NCBI RefSeq assembly: GCF_018350175.1
Contig: NC_058374.1
Location: forward strand, 123,256,001-123,320,000
Direction: 5' to 3'
Source: Felis catus
Taxonomy: Eukaryota
Length of the DNA: 64,000 nucleotides
This document shows, one piece after another, positions 35,047 through 47,188 of the stretch. A model generated the notes under the pieces. That model did no database searches. It was not told the origin of the DNA and saw only the letters and a program-made list of their open reading frames with translations. Within the stretch, counting starts at the first letter, position 1, and each line of letters opens with the position of its first letter. The position numbers and the translations under genes are program-made.

Positions 35047-37398
35047 GAATATGTATGCTTATATGTTGATATCATAAGAGGTAAATATGACAATATTAAA
35101 ATATCATTAATGTGGTTTATCACATGAACAGATTAAAGGGCAAAAAACACATGGTAATTTGTAAAAATACAAGACAATCATTATTTTAAAAACTTTTAGC
35201 CAAACAGGAATTGAAAGATTCTTTCTTCATCTGATAAAGAGAAGCTACCTCAAACTGAAAACAAACATCATAATTATTGATAGGAGCACTCCTCTGAAAT
35301 TAGGAACAAATCAAGGAGGCCATTTAGCAACTTCTATTTAACATTGTATAGAAGATCTCAACCAGTTGCAACCTAAAAACTGTGGATTAGCCATCCACTG
35401 AAGTAAAATATTTGCAAAACATGTATTTGGTAAAGGACTTACATTCAGAATGTAAAAGAATATTTCTGGAATATTTAAGTAATTATAAGTTATCTACAAA
35501 TAGATCTAAGATATGAAAGACCCAATGGAGAAAATTATAAAAATTTTCTGAAGTACATAAGGAAAGATATTAATCTTTGGAGAGATGTATATGTCATTGT
35601 AGGAAGACTTAATATCATAGAGGTGTTGATTTTTATCTAATACATTTCTAAATTCAATGCATCTAATCACAACCCTGACAGTTTTTCATGAACTTGGCAG
35701 GAAGATAATCCTAAAATTTGTGTGGAGGAATAAAGGGCCAAGAATAATCAAGATAATTTTGAAGAATTAGGAGGACAATTTGCCTGATCAGATATTAAGG
35801 GTTATTATAGAGCCAGATTAATAAAAACACGGTGATCTTGCTGCTGGTGTAGAGAAACAGACCAATGCGACATAATTGACGACTCAGAAACAAGCCTATA
35901 CACATACCTATGTGTATGTCTGCGTGTGTGCATGTGAGTCTGTATGCGTGCGTGCACGCACGTGTGTGAGTGTTGTAAAGTTAGTCTATGAGACAGGTGC
36001 CATTACAGATCAGAGGGGAAAAAAAAGAACCACTTAAATCTGATTCTGGGACAAATGGCTTGCATACAGAAAAAAAAAATTGGATCACCATCTTAAGCAT
36101 TTCACTAAAAGCAATTCTAGATAAGTTAAAGTTCTTGATGTGAAATGCAAAACTTTTATATGCTTAGAAGACAAAACATCGTTATAATATCTGGATGAAC
36201 AATGATATCATAAACAGTACACAAAAATCATCAACCATAAATGGAGCCTTCTTATAAATGACACTACATTAAAATTTAAATACCTATATAAAAATGGACA
36301 CAATGGACAGATACAAAAGATAAGCCACAGATTTTTTTAAAAATGCAAATTAAACGGCTAAAGACAATTTATTAGCATCCAAAATATGTAAAAAATTGCA
36401 ATTAATATTAAGTGGGTGGCACACAATTCTTCCCTCATCTCCAGCTCTCTGCAATGAGAAATTCACAGAGGAAGTAAAAATCCCAACAATAACATCAATA
36501 ATAATCAGAAAAAATCAGTAAAGCACCAGTGAGAGAATGTTCGCTCTTACACTTTGTAAAAACAAAACGTCTGATGATGTCACACATCTGATGGTGTCCG
36601 GTAAAAGGTTTTAATCCTGGAAACAGTCCCTTCCACAGTCTGCTATAACCTCTTTGGAGAGTCAACCTATGTGTCCATCAACAGAGGGTACAAAATGTAT
36701 TACGCCATGAAATACTACAGGGCAGAGAAATTGATTAATGAGATTTCTAAGTATCAACGTGGTTGAAACTAGAAAATTTTGCCGAGTGAACCAAGCAATG
36801 ATCAAAAATGGACCTTGGGTATGATATCATTTATGTAAATTCTCAGAACATACTAAACAAAACTGCCTGTTGTTTATGGAAACAGGTGTGTACTAAAAGC
36901 CACAGGAGGGATACAGAGCAACCTCAGGATAAGAGTTCTTCCTGGGACTGCAAAAGGAGAGTTGGGTTAGGGAAGGTTACCTTCAAATCTATTTCATTTA
37001 AAACCAAAGCTCTGGAGTAATTATGACAAAGTGTTTTGTTAAATCTAAGTAGTGGGCACAAAAGAACCTGATATATTATTGTACAGGCTCATTTCATGTA
37101 TGAAATGTATCAAAACTAAAGTTTTAAAAAATCATACAAAATTTCTGGCTAATGCAAACACTACATAAAATTACCAGAAATCTCTATGAGTGTTTATAGT
37201 ACAAATAAACACAAAAACCCACTGCTTGATTATCTTTTCTCAAAACTCTTCTGGATTTTAGAAAAGAGGCATGCTATAGTTTAAATTGGCTTGTACATTT
37301 GGGAGGAGAGATCTGGCAAGGATTTTATTTACAAACAACGCTAATATCCTAGACGCACTAATGTTTAGTCATTTATGGCAAACATGCGAATACATTTT

Positions 37399-37617
37399 TT
37401 TTTTAATTTTTTTTCAACATTTATTTATTTTTGGGACAGAGAGAGACAGAGCATGAACGGGGGAGGGGCAGAGAGAGAGGGAGACACAGAATCGGAGACA
37501 GGCTCCAGGCTCCGAGCCATCAGCCCAGAGCCCGACGCGGGGCTCGAACTCCCGGACCGCGAGATCGTGACCTGAGCTGGAGTCGGACGCTTAACCGACT
37601 GCGCCACCCAGGCGCCC
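37399..37617 (-). mobile_element. Young felid SINE (SINEC_Fc-type)
   Basis: Perfect 16-bp TSD catgcgaatacatttt. Confidence 0.97.
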
Positions 37618-38414
37618 CATGCGAATACATTTTAAGTGGGTAGCACCAGATAGGTTATTTGGTCATTATTAAATGCCATGTTCCCCATGCTCTCACCCCA
37701 CTGATGGCTGAAAGGACAGAGAGCACTGGATTTCACTACAAAGGTGCTACGCAAATGGCATGGGGTAAAGCTAACATTATCAATTCCCACTCTTGCTTTT
37801 TATCAAAACTCGGTATGCTTTGGCCTCCAGGAAACTCAGAGCTCGCTGAATTATCAGGAACAGCTGCCAGCTTAACTTAATTTTGCGTCTTAATTATTTA
37901 TTCCATCTTTCACTGCGTTTTTCATCTGTGATTTCCCTTTCAACCATTTTATTGTCCCTTATTTTAAGTTAATCCCCAAACAAAGATAAGACATTGAAGA
38001 ATAACTAACATGTTAAACAATCACTTGTTCAGAAAAATAGATTTAAAACATGTGAATTCAAACCATGACCCCCTGCCCTGTCTGGGCCTCTCTGCCATTA
38101 GTCAGTGTCCCCAAACCCCAGTCATACTCGGGAGTGTGAGTACAGGTTTGTTACCACTTTCAGAGTCCCCGCACCTTTAAAGAATTTCCTGGAAACAAAA
38201 GGCTGGCATTTAGCCCAAAGGAAAACAAACATTTTGTGGGATTTCAAGAACAGCAACCAAGAAAAGAAGATGCTGTGGGATTGAGGCTGCCCCAGCAGCT
38301 CTAGGTCCACGTTCAATTAAACTAGCTCAATCATCTTCTATGCAAAATGCCCCACCCAGCCTCGGACACATCAGGCAGTCAACTAATCTCAGTTCCCTTC
38401 TCTTAAATAAGTCT

Positions 38415-38605
38415 TTGTTCTCAGCATTTGGTTACGTCTGGAGACATTTTGGGTCCTCACAACTAAGGAGCTGGCCCTGGCCTCTAGTGGGTAGAGGTGA
38501 GGGATGTTGCTGAAGTTCCTATAATGCACAGAACAGCCCTCCTCTCCTGCCCCAACCAAGAAGTACCCAGCCCAAGTCCCAATAGTCTCAAGGTTGAGAG
38601 ACTCC
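38415..38605 (+). mobile_element. MER20 hAT-Charlie MITE
   Basis: gtctggagacattttgg...ctagtgggtagagg...aaggttgaga resembles MER20. Confidence 0.8.
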
Positions 38606-39194
38606 CAGTTCAGTGTTGAAGTTTAACATTAGAGATCTGGAAGAAGCTAACTGCTTTTTAAATTAAATTAATTGGTTTCTCCTAGATGCTATGGAGTCCT
38701 TCAAGTATACGTTTCAGATTCTTCATTTTGTGAACACTTACATAGGGTTTGGGGGCATGGAAATATCAATTCCAACCAGACCACATTTCACTTTATCTAG
38801 TATATGTCTCTTTTCAGTAAATGAGTTCATTTACATGAATACTACAATACAGTCAAAGTTTACATTTTCTTGTCAAATCATGCGTTTTTTTTTTTTTTTT
38901 AAAGATAATCTTGAATACCGTGATTAGTAATTGTTCTTTCCCCTACCAGGAAAAAAAAAAAAAAAAAGACACATTCCATTTTTGTTAAAATGTTTTAAAA
39001 AGATAGAAGATATTCAATTGTAAATGTTCAAATTATTCAAATAAGATGTTGTGGTTTGCATTTTAAAGAAAGATTCATTTAAAGTGGCTGGAGGGAGTAA
39101 GCCAGTGGAGCTGTGGCCATTTGTTGTACCCTGGCGGTGGTGGTGGGGTCTAGAAAGAAGAGGCATGGCTTAGGAATCAGGAGCCCATCGCTGA

Positions 39195-39382
39195 CGCTGA
39201 TGGCCCCCAAAGTGTGGTCCGCGGAGCAGTAACAGCATCAGCATCACCTAGGAATTTGTGAGAAATGCAGATTCTCGGCCCCCCCCCCCCCAGACCTGCT
39301 GACTCACACACTCGGGAGCTGGGGCAGGCAAACAGACCTTCCGTACAACCCTGATGCACACACCCAAGTGTGAGAGCCACGG
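39195..39382 (+). mobile_element. MER5A hAT-Charlie MITE
   Basis: caaagtgtggtcc...cagcatcagcatcacctaggaatttgtgagaaatgcag resembles MER5A. Confidence 0.85.
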
Positions 39383-40784
39383 ACCTAAAGCTCTTTCACT
39401 TCCTACTGATGTCCCTTGGCCGAGTTAGTCACCTTCTATGGCCCTCAATTTGTGTTTTTGCCTCTCTGGATTTCATTACAAAGGTGCTATGAAAACAGCA
39501 TGGTGTATGGTTAGTATTATCAATCTGCAACAGAGCCGAATCAGATTTTGTGAAATCTAAGTAGTGTCCTCCACGCTGTTGAGGACAGAAGGCCTGGACC
39601 TTACCCACAAATATGTCCTTGACTTCTTCTGTCCGTTATCCCCAAAGTGGAGATGTCCATTCCTAGGGCAAGCAGCTCAGGCCATTTATCAGTCAGCTCG
39701 GGGGTTCATGGAGATGACCCAGTGTTTACCAGGGCAAACAAGAAAACTTGCAAGCCATGCAGAAAAGACACCCCAAAACACTTAGCGATCGTCTTCATCC
39801 TGGCATAACTGTACCCGGATGTACCCGGTCCTTGTTGGTAACAAAGTGGACACTGAACTTCAGTCTCACCGGTAAGGTCTGAGAACTAAAAACATGTTGT
39901 GAGAATGGCATTTGGTCTGGTTGGTCACCCATCACCTCTCAAAAGAAATGAAGCCTTTACATTAATCTCCAAAGGAAGAATTTCTAAATTAATCTCTCAT
40001 TTTCCTCTTCATGGCTAAGCAGCCAAATCAGCGAATGCTCTCAGAATAACACAGACTGTGGAGTCTCAGTTGGATCCCCACATAGCCGTTGTATTATTTT
40101 TTGATTATGACTATAAAATAATCTGGAGACTTTTACCGTTTGAGTTGAGGTTCCAAGGCGAAGTTATCAGGGTATTTGCCCCACCCCCACCGCCACAGCC
40201 CCTCAAAGCCTCTATTTACTGGAAGTTAAGAGTTCTATAAGCTGTTTTGTTTTCTCAATCTCATGAAGTCAGGAGAGTATCTTAGAGAACTGTGTGGGCA
40301 CCTAAGTAAAATCAGTGTAGATGCTGTTTTTATTTAGGGCGTGTAGAGAAGTCAGTCTTTTATTCACAGCAGGCCTGTAAAGTAGGATCGTGTCACTCAC
40401 CTATCAGAGTTGTTTGGATTATTTAATGAGATAGTAAGATGTTTAGTACATGCAAAGAATTTCTGGCATTGGCCGGCACATACTAAGTGCTCAGTTAAGA
40501 TCACTTAGATTTATCTCCAAAAGCCAGTTCAAAGGCCCAAGGCTTGATTTTGTGAATATCTAACGACCTCTCCCAATTCTACCCACAGCGTTTGAATTTT
40601 CTTGGTAAATAGGACGGGAATCACTTGTGGAAATCATGACTATAGTGATGGGTTTCACAAAAACTATAGCCTTTTTTTATTTTATTTTATTTTTTTAACC
40701 AGGCTATCCACATAGGTAGCGAGATGGACAGGGTTTCAGTCATGGGGGTTGCTCTGGACTTGGCGTTTGGGTTTTAAAGAACAT

Positions 40785-41065
40785 TTGTGAAACAATGGAT
40801 CAATATGTGAACATATCATTGTCCCTGCTGATAAGGAGAGTCAGAGCAAATTTTTACTGCCCAAGTGGGGTGCTGATAAAGGTGTCCTTTGCTTCCTGAT
40901 GACATTTAAATTTAGGGTGCTAGGGTGCTGCCTTGTTGAGTACGTCATAGTGACTCTCGGCCAAGCTCAGTTGTTCCATTATAACGCGAGCATTGTGATG
41001 TGCCCTCCACTGCCTTGGCCCCAAATCTCCAGTGCCAGCAGATGTTATTTATAAAAATAGTGATG
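40785..41065. promoter_or_regulatory. Putative enhancer: twin GATA, ETS, SOX and MEF2 motifs
   Basis: TGCTGATAA at 40826 and 40871, CTTCCTG at 40892, AACAATGG near 40790, TTATTTATAA at 41045. Confidence 0.3.
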
Positions 41066-41199
41066 ACCCATTGAGCATTCCTCTTGCGCCAGTAAAATCC
41101 TCTCCTTAACTCCTTAGTGAGCATTTGCTGTGTGGAGACACGGGGTGACATGCTGGAAATTTAGCAGTGCATGTGACAAAACCAGTCCGTGCCCCACTG

Positions 41200-41360
41200 A
41201 GTTCCCCCTTCGGTTCTTTATGTACTCATTATAGTCTTCTATAGTCTTCACTACAGGACAGATATTTTTATTCCCATTTCACAGATTACAATAATGAGGT
41301 ACAGAGAGTTTAAGTACTCAGAGACCGGATCCAAATCCAGGTTTGTCTAACTCTCATTCC
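41200..41360 (-). mobile_element. MIR fragment
   Basis: ttattcccatttcacagat...gaggtacagagagtttaagt. Confidence 0.65.
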
Positions 41361-42109
41361 TATCTTATTTTCAAAATGCCTGATGGCTTCCAACTATATT
41401 TGATGTTTAGCCCTTTTTGTCATGAGCATTGTAAACTCTAAATACTCTTTCAACAGAGGAGTTATAGATTCAGAATAACTCATTGAGTTTAAAGTACGGT
41501 TGCTTATTACTTATGTTGATTGTTTACTTTCTGTTTTTTGGTTTTTTTTTTTTTTTTTTGTATAACCTTCAACACAGGGGGTGAGTGCTTGTCCCTGTTA
41601 CCATCCCCGTATGCAGAGGAGGAAATTGAGATCCCAGAGTTAAGTAAATGACAAAGTTGGCATTCAAACCCAGTTGTCCGATTTCATGCACTGGGTTTGC
41701 CTTCAATCCTGAGTGGCCATGGAAGCACGTGGCTCTCAGAGAAAGGATGGAATTTTGTGGCTGCATATGGCTCTTGAGTATCAGACAAACAGCCCCACTT
41801 CTGTCATTGAAGTGATTTCCTTCCTTTCAATAAACGGATATTTCTGACTAATCTTGAGATTAGCCAATTTATGTTAGTGCAAGATCACTTGGTCTTTAAA
41901 ACATATTTTTATGTATGTGGTTGATAATGACTGTTTTAATATTTTAAGAACAATCCCCAAAGGGAAGGAAGAGAAGTTGCAATAGCTCAAAGGGTCAGAT
42001 TTAATTCTGTAAGAGTCTATTTGTAGAAAGATTTGAGTTTTGTTTATTTCCTTCCAGTGTGGTCTATGAATGCAGTTTGGGTATAGCTCTGATTTGTAAA
42101 TAAAAACCT

Positions 42110-42290
42110 TGATGTTTCAAACCCTGGCGCCCCAGCTTATTAGCCCTATGGTCTCAAAGATCCTAAAGTTCATCCTCATCTACCACATGAAGATAGAATA
42201 CCTTCTTTCTGTTGTTATTGTAAGGATTAAATGAGCTAATTTATGTAAAAATGATCTAGAAATTATAAGTCACAAAGGGAAGTGTAGCAT
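42110..42290 (+). mobile_element. MIR fragment
   Basis: gttgttattgtaaggattaaatgagctaat. Confidence 0.6.
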
Positions 42291-42419
42291 ACTTTGGGGT
42301 CCTTAAAATTTTCATTTTGGGGCATAAGGTCATGACGGTAGAAGGCTAGTGTGTTCATAACTCAGGAGGTTTAGAGGGAGCTCAGACCTGCAGAGAAATT
42401 ATGCCACTATAACGATCAC

Positions 42420-42560
42420 TTTTGTGTCTGCTTCCTTCACTTGACTGAAAATCTGGACGGCAGGTACTATGACTTTTTTGGTTTGTTGATTTCCAGTGCC
42501 TGGCACGCACACACACAAAAACACTTGAGCACTTAATAAATATTTTCAAGAATGAATGAA
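42420..42560 (+). mobile_element. L2 3' end
   Basis: cagtgcctggcac...aataaatattttcaagaatgaatgaa. Confidence 0.65.
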
Positions 42561-42854
42561 TCCAACTGTCTACTGGGAGGTGAGATGGTAAAGGGAGCAT
42601 AAAGCCCTGAAGTTCACCATCAGGCTCCCCTGCTAATGCAAAGGCATGAGAGCCAATAGAAATTAGAGTTGGTCCAAGATCATACGTGGACCTTTTTAGT
42701 TTACTTCTGTAAATATCCACTTTCTTTAAGTACCTGTCGCTATGAAAACACTAGCTTTCACACGATCATAAGCTATGCCTTAGATTTATGAAATTATGGA
42801 AATCAAAGTATTTAATCCTTTACCTTTCCATGATTTATTTATTTTTTAAGGATT

Positions 42855-43055
42855 TTCTTTCTTTTTTTTAAGTTAATTTATTTTGAAGGGTGGAGAGAGA
42901 GCGAGCGAGCATGTTCAGGAGGGGCAGAGAGAGAGGGAGAGAGAGAATCCCAAGGAGACACCGTACTGTCAGCTCGAACTCAAGAACCATGAGATCATGA
43001 CCTGAGCCAAAATCAAGAGTTAGATGCTTAACCACCTGAGCCACCCAGGCACCCC
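42855..43055 (-). mobile_element. Can-SINE (older, internal deletion)
   Basis: Antisense SINE head ...ctgagccacccaggcacccc. Confidence 0.9.
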
Positions 43056-43127
43056 TCTTTATATATCTGTGATTTAAATTTGCACATTCCTGGAAATTCA
43101 GCCTGAGATTGCCTGTAAAGTAAATAC

Positions 43128-43260
43128 AAAATGGGTGGCCCCATGCCCCAACTTGCCTAAAATGTCCTGGTTTATATCTGCTGTCCTGAAGGGGAGTTAA
43201 TTATTAACAGTTCCTTTATTCTCAAAAGCATTCTGTTTTGGATAATTAAGAAAAACTGGC
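43128..43260 (+). mobile_element. MER94-like hAT-Blackjack MITE
   Basis: gggtggcc...gtcctggtttata...ttattaacag...ttctcaaaagc resembles MER94. Confidence 0.6.
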
Positions 43261-43304
43261 ATGGATGGAACTTGCTGGGTTCCTTTGCTGTCACTAGACC
43301 TGAA

Positions 43305-43705
43305 GGAAGCAGTATAGTTAGATGGTTAGAACATAAGGGCTTTGGGAACCTAACAACTGGATCTTAGTTCTATCTCCTTGATTCGCTAACTATTCAATCC
43401 TGGGCAAGTTACCCAACCTCTCTCAATGTCATGCGTAATTACCGTTATTAAAACAGAATTGCTGGGGCATCTGGCTTGCTCGGTCGGAAGAGCGTGCGAC
43501 TCTTGATCTCGAGGTCACAAGTTCAAGCCCCACGCTGGAGGCAAAGATTACTTAATAAATAAATAAAAACTTAAAAAAAACCCACAAGAATTGCTAATAG
43601 CATCAACCTTGATACTTGTTATGATAATTAAATACTATAATACATGAGGAGAAGTATAAAGCCTGCTGTATAGTAATCGCTCAATAAATATTGGTTATCA
43701 GCTAT
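43305..43705 (+). mobile_element. MIR interrupted by a short SINE
   Basis: gcagtatagttagatggttagaac...tgggcaagttacccaacctctc...cgctcaataaatattgg. Confidence 0.8.
43464..43586 (+). mobile_element. Short tRNA-derived carnivore SINE lacking the (CT)n region
   Basis: tRNA-like A/B boxes followed directly by an A-rich tail; TSD agaattgct. Confidence 0.9.
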
Positions 43706-43889
43706 GAAGGTAGTTTCCCCTCCCATTTTTGTCCCATTGAGGAATAGCATGGCCACTAAATGTGGTTGGTGGCATCTACCCTGAGCCTTGGAGAAGAGCC
43801 CAGGACAGAGACTGTGGTAGCAGGGAATAGTGGTGGTAACTACCCAACAATTAATTAAGACTCATGATCTGACAGATACAGATAACTTT

Positions 43890-44050
43890 TCAGAGAATGG
43901 AGTGATTTTTCAGTGTCTGCCTTCAGCTATATGCTCCACGAGGGCAGGGCTATATCTGACCTTTTTACTCTTTGTAAAAATTGTATTCTCAGCACCTAGC
44001 TCAACACATGGGATATAGAAGACATTGAATAAATATTAGTTGAAAGGATA
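43890..44050 (+). mobile_element. L2 3' end
   Basis: gctccacgagggcaggg...cagcacctagc...aataaatattagttgaa. Confidence 0.7.
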
Positions 44051-44398
44051 AATGAATAGGGCTGAAGACGGTGACACCCTACACGTGTGTATGTACAAAC
44101 ACATGGAGTCACCACTTCCGACATATCACCCCAAGCAAAGCATTACCCTTCATGATACGAAGGGAGAGGCAATAGATTTTGCTAGCTCAATCCAAACTTG
44201 CTTTTGGTCTTGTTGTTACCTGAAGATCCTATGTGGTACATCCCTGGGTTATTTCTGCTTCTGGGAAAATTGGCCATTGGCCGTCTCACTCAGGCATCAA
44301 GTGGGGAGTCCTTCAGCACTAGAGGTCTGGGGGCAAGGAATGACAGGGAAAGACAAAAGACACAGAAGGGAGCCGTTTCCTGTGCATCTGGAAAACAC

Positions 44399-44621
44399 TT
44401 TTTTTTTTTAATTTTTTAATGTTTATTCACTTTTTTGAGACAGAGAGAGACAGAGCATGAATGGGGGAAGGTCAGAGAGAGAGGGAGACACAGAATCTGA
44501 AACAGGCTCCAGGCTCTGAGCTGTCAGCACAGAGCCCGACACAGGGCTCGAACTCACGGACCGCGAGATCATGACCTGAGCCGAAGTTGGACGCCCAACT
44601 GACTGAGCCACCCAGGCGCCC
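44399..44621 (-). mobile_element. Can-SINE (felid type)
   Basis: TSD ctggaaaacac. Confidence 0.97.
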
Positions 44622-45004
44622 CTGGAAAACACGTTTTTAATCTATAAAACTGTTCTTTGTGTAGCATCTACCATGTGTTGGCCACTATACCATGCATTGG
44701 AGACACAGGTATAAGACAAGCTCCTTGCCAGAAAGCTGAGTTCAAGGGAGAGGGAAGAAGCACATTTCTGGGACAGCTAGGTAAGAGCAATAGTGGGAAC
44801 ACTCAGAAGGAGAAGGGGTTGATTAATTCTGTATGTGATCTTAGGTCAAAAATCCATCATTTCCAGACAGACATGATGAACAATGTTAACAGTGTGCCAA
44901 GTGATCCAGCACATTCTGGAGGTAAGAATATTTTAATCATCAGAGGCAGGAATGGGATCCCAGTTGGATCTGGTATATAAGAAAAACTATATAAATATGT
45001 CAGT

Positions 45005-45620
45005 AAAATGTATTACTATGTTAGACATTGATAAATTCTATGAAAAGAACTGAACAGGAAAAGGAGATCAAGTCTCGGCAGAGGGTTGCAATTTTGAACA
45101 AGATTATAACGCGTGTCCTCACTGATAAGGTGACATTTGAAGAACAACCTGAGGACATCGGGGAGCAAGCCATGTGGCTCTCTTGGGGGTGCACATTCCA
45201 GGCAGGGGAAACACAAGTGCCAAGTCCCTGAGTGAGGAGCCTTCTTGCTATGGAGCAGGAAGACAAGAAGGTCTAGAGCAGAGTAAGAAAGTGGGGGTGG
45301 GGATGGGGTACCAAGAACACTTTTGGGAAGGGTCTTACAGGCTGGTACAGGGCTTTGACCTTTTTCTGTGACTGAGCCGGGAAGACGTTGGAGGGTGGGG
45401 ATAGAGGGATGGTGTAAGCCGCCTTGCAGGTTAACAGAATCAGTCTGATTGCTGTGGGGGGAGATACTGAAGAGGGGGAGGGTTGGAGGCAGGAAAACAC
45501 TATGGCAGCCCAGGTGAGAGATGATGGTGGTTGGAATCAAGCTGTGAGCAGTGGGCTGGTGGGAAGTGGTGAAATTCTGGACATGTTTCATTGGAGATGT
45601 TTGTTCACAGGGGCTCCTGT
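45005..45620 (-). mobile_element. L2 ORF2/3' fragment
   Basis: aaggtgacatttgaag...ccaggtgagagatgatggtgg is a typical antisense L2 signature; peptide TIISHLGCHS resembles L2 TIISHLDYCNS. Confidence 0.85.
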
Positions 45621-46385
45621 AGAGACTGGTGCTAACGGGTTCAAATTTGGGGATCTTCAGAGACTCTGCCACAATCTGCATGGGCCAGCACCTGCCCTGT
45701 GTTGCTAGAGAGTCAAAACCATCCTTGACTGAGGACGTTACCTGGGGAAAAGTTCAGCCAGTCGGCAAATGTTTGCAGACAAGGAATTGCGAGCAGAGAG
45801 CGCAGAAGGCTGGCCGCAGTGCTGCTCGGATGCTCCAACTGACTGGGTCAGAAAGCAAGCTGCCTGCTTTAGCAGGTGGCAGGAAGTCAGTGTCCAGGAT
45901 AATCCTGGATGCCCCCGGTCCTGGTTGTCCCCGCACTGGGTCACAGGAGGTACCTGATTTCAAGGAATAGGTAGGAGACAGGACCTATGCAACTAGACTT
46001 CCCCTGCTTAACCCAAAGCACTAATTAAGGAACTTGGTGAGGAAGAATTAGTGCCTGACATAATTAATAATAATAATAATAGCCTATGTTTAATGTTTGA
46101 GAAATGTTTCCTGAAATGGGAGTCATGAGTAACATGTGGCTACTGAGCACTTGAAAAACGCCTAGTTAACCTGAGATGTGCTGAAAAATGTAAACTACAT
46201 ATGGATTTCAGAACCTTTGTACGGAACAACAGAAGGTAAAATACCACTTTAATAGATTTTATATTGATCGCATGCTGAAATAACATTGTGGGTAAACTTT
46301 AAATAAATATATTAGAGTATTAAAATTAATTTCACTCCTTTCTTTTTTAAAATACGCGACCATTAGAAAACTTAAAATTATACTA

Positions 46386-46953
46386 ATGGGACAGACTGAG
46401 AAGTCCAGGGAACAAACTGGTGGTTCCAGAGGGGAGGGCAGGGGGTGGCTGGAAATAGATGAAGGGTATTAAGAGGTACACACTTTTAAAATAAATAAGT
46501 CAGGGGTGCCTGGATGGTTCAGTCAGTTAAGCGTCTGACTCTTGGTTTTGGCTCAGGTCATGATCTCATGGTTCGTGAGTTTGAGCCCCACATCGGGCTC
46601 TGTGCTGAGAATCTTGGGGTTCTCTCTTTCCCTCTCTCTCTCTCTCTCTCTCTGCCCCTTGTGCTTGTGTTGGATGCTGTCTCGCTCTCTCTCTCTCTCA
46701 AAATAAAAAAATAAATAAATCTTAAAATTAAATAAATGAATCATAGGGATGGAAAGTACAGCCTGGAAAATATAGTCAATAATGTGACAACTTCATACGG
46801 CGACAGATGGTAACTACACTTATCATGGTGAACATTTCGCAATATATATAGTTGTCGAATCGCTATGTTTGACACCTGAAACAAACACAATATTCATGTC
46901 GACCAAACTTCTGTTAAAGAACATACAAAAATGTTTTTTTAAATTAAAGGGGG
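46386..46953 (+). mobile_element. Carnivore L1 3'UTR fragment
   Basis: aacaaactggtggttccagagggg...aatatagtcaataat; approximate TSD taaaa(t/a)tatacta. Confidence 0.8.
46503..46730 (+). mobile_element. Can-SINE
   Basis: Full SINE; A-rich TSD taaataa(a)...tca. Confidence 0.93.
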
Positions 46954-47188
46954 TAAAAATATACTACGGGTCCCATTTGTGGCCCGTGTTATATTTCTAT
47001 CAGGCAGAGCTGCTCGGCGTGTGCAGAACACTTCCCAGCAGTGCTTCAAGGTAGCTGCCAGTTTGGTTTTGCTTTCCTTGAAGACATCAAAGTTTAGAGA
47101 ATCCTTACCAAAGGACACTCAGCCAGTGGTTGAAATTCTTATTCTTTCAGCCATGATAGGAAGACTGTGTATTAAGATGGAAGCAAAG

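Larger units (their letters stand above)
29550..37130 (+). mobile_element. Near full-length fossil L1 (L1ME-like): 5'UTR, ORF1, ORF2 and 3'UTR remnants with nested insertions
   Basis: Collinear remnants: ORF1 coiled-coil region (~30480-30600), ORF1 C-terminus (~31220), endonuclease N-terminus (~32790-33000), RT and 3' regions (~33900-36500), L1ME-like 3'UTR (~36660-37130). Confidence 0.75.
46120..47015 (-). mobile_element. MER33 hAT MITE split by an L1 that itself carries a SINE
   Basis: acatgtggctactgagcacttgaa at the left end and atatttctatcaggcagagctg at the right end resemble the two halves of MER33. Confidence 0.75.

Noticed and set aside
43464-43545. tRNA-like sequence
   Set aside because: It has an A-rich tail and a TSD, so it is a short carnivore SINE rather than a tRNA gene.
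45016-45681. Longest N-free ORF in the window (221 aa, minus strand)
   Set aside because: It lies on the C/T-rich sense strand of a decayed L2, where stop codons are compositionally rare; only patchy L2 ORF2 similarity.
45868-45884. CTCF-like motif tagcaggtggcag
   Set aside because: It mismatches the conserved 5' CC of the core motif, and there is no other support.
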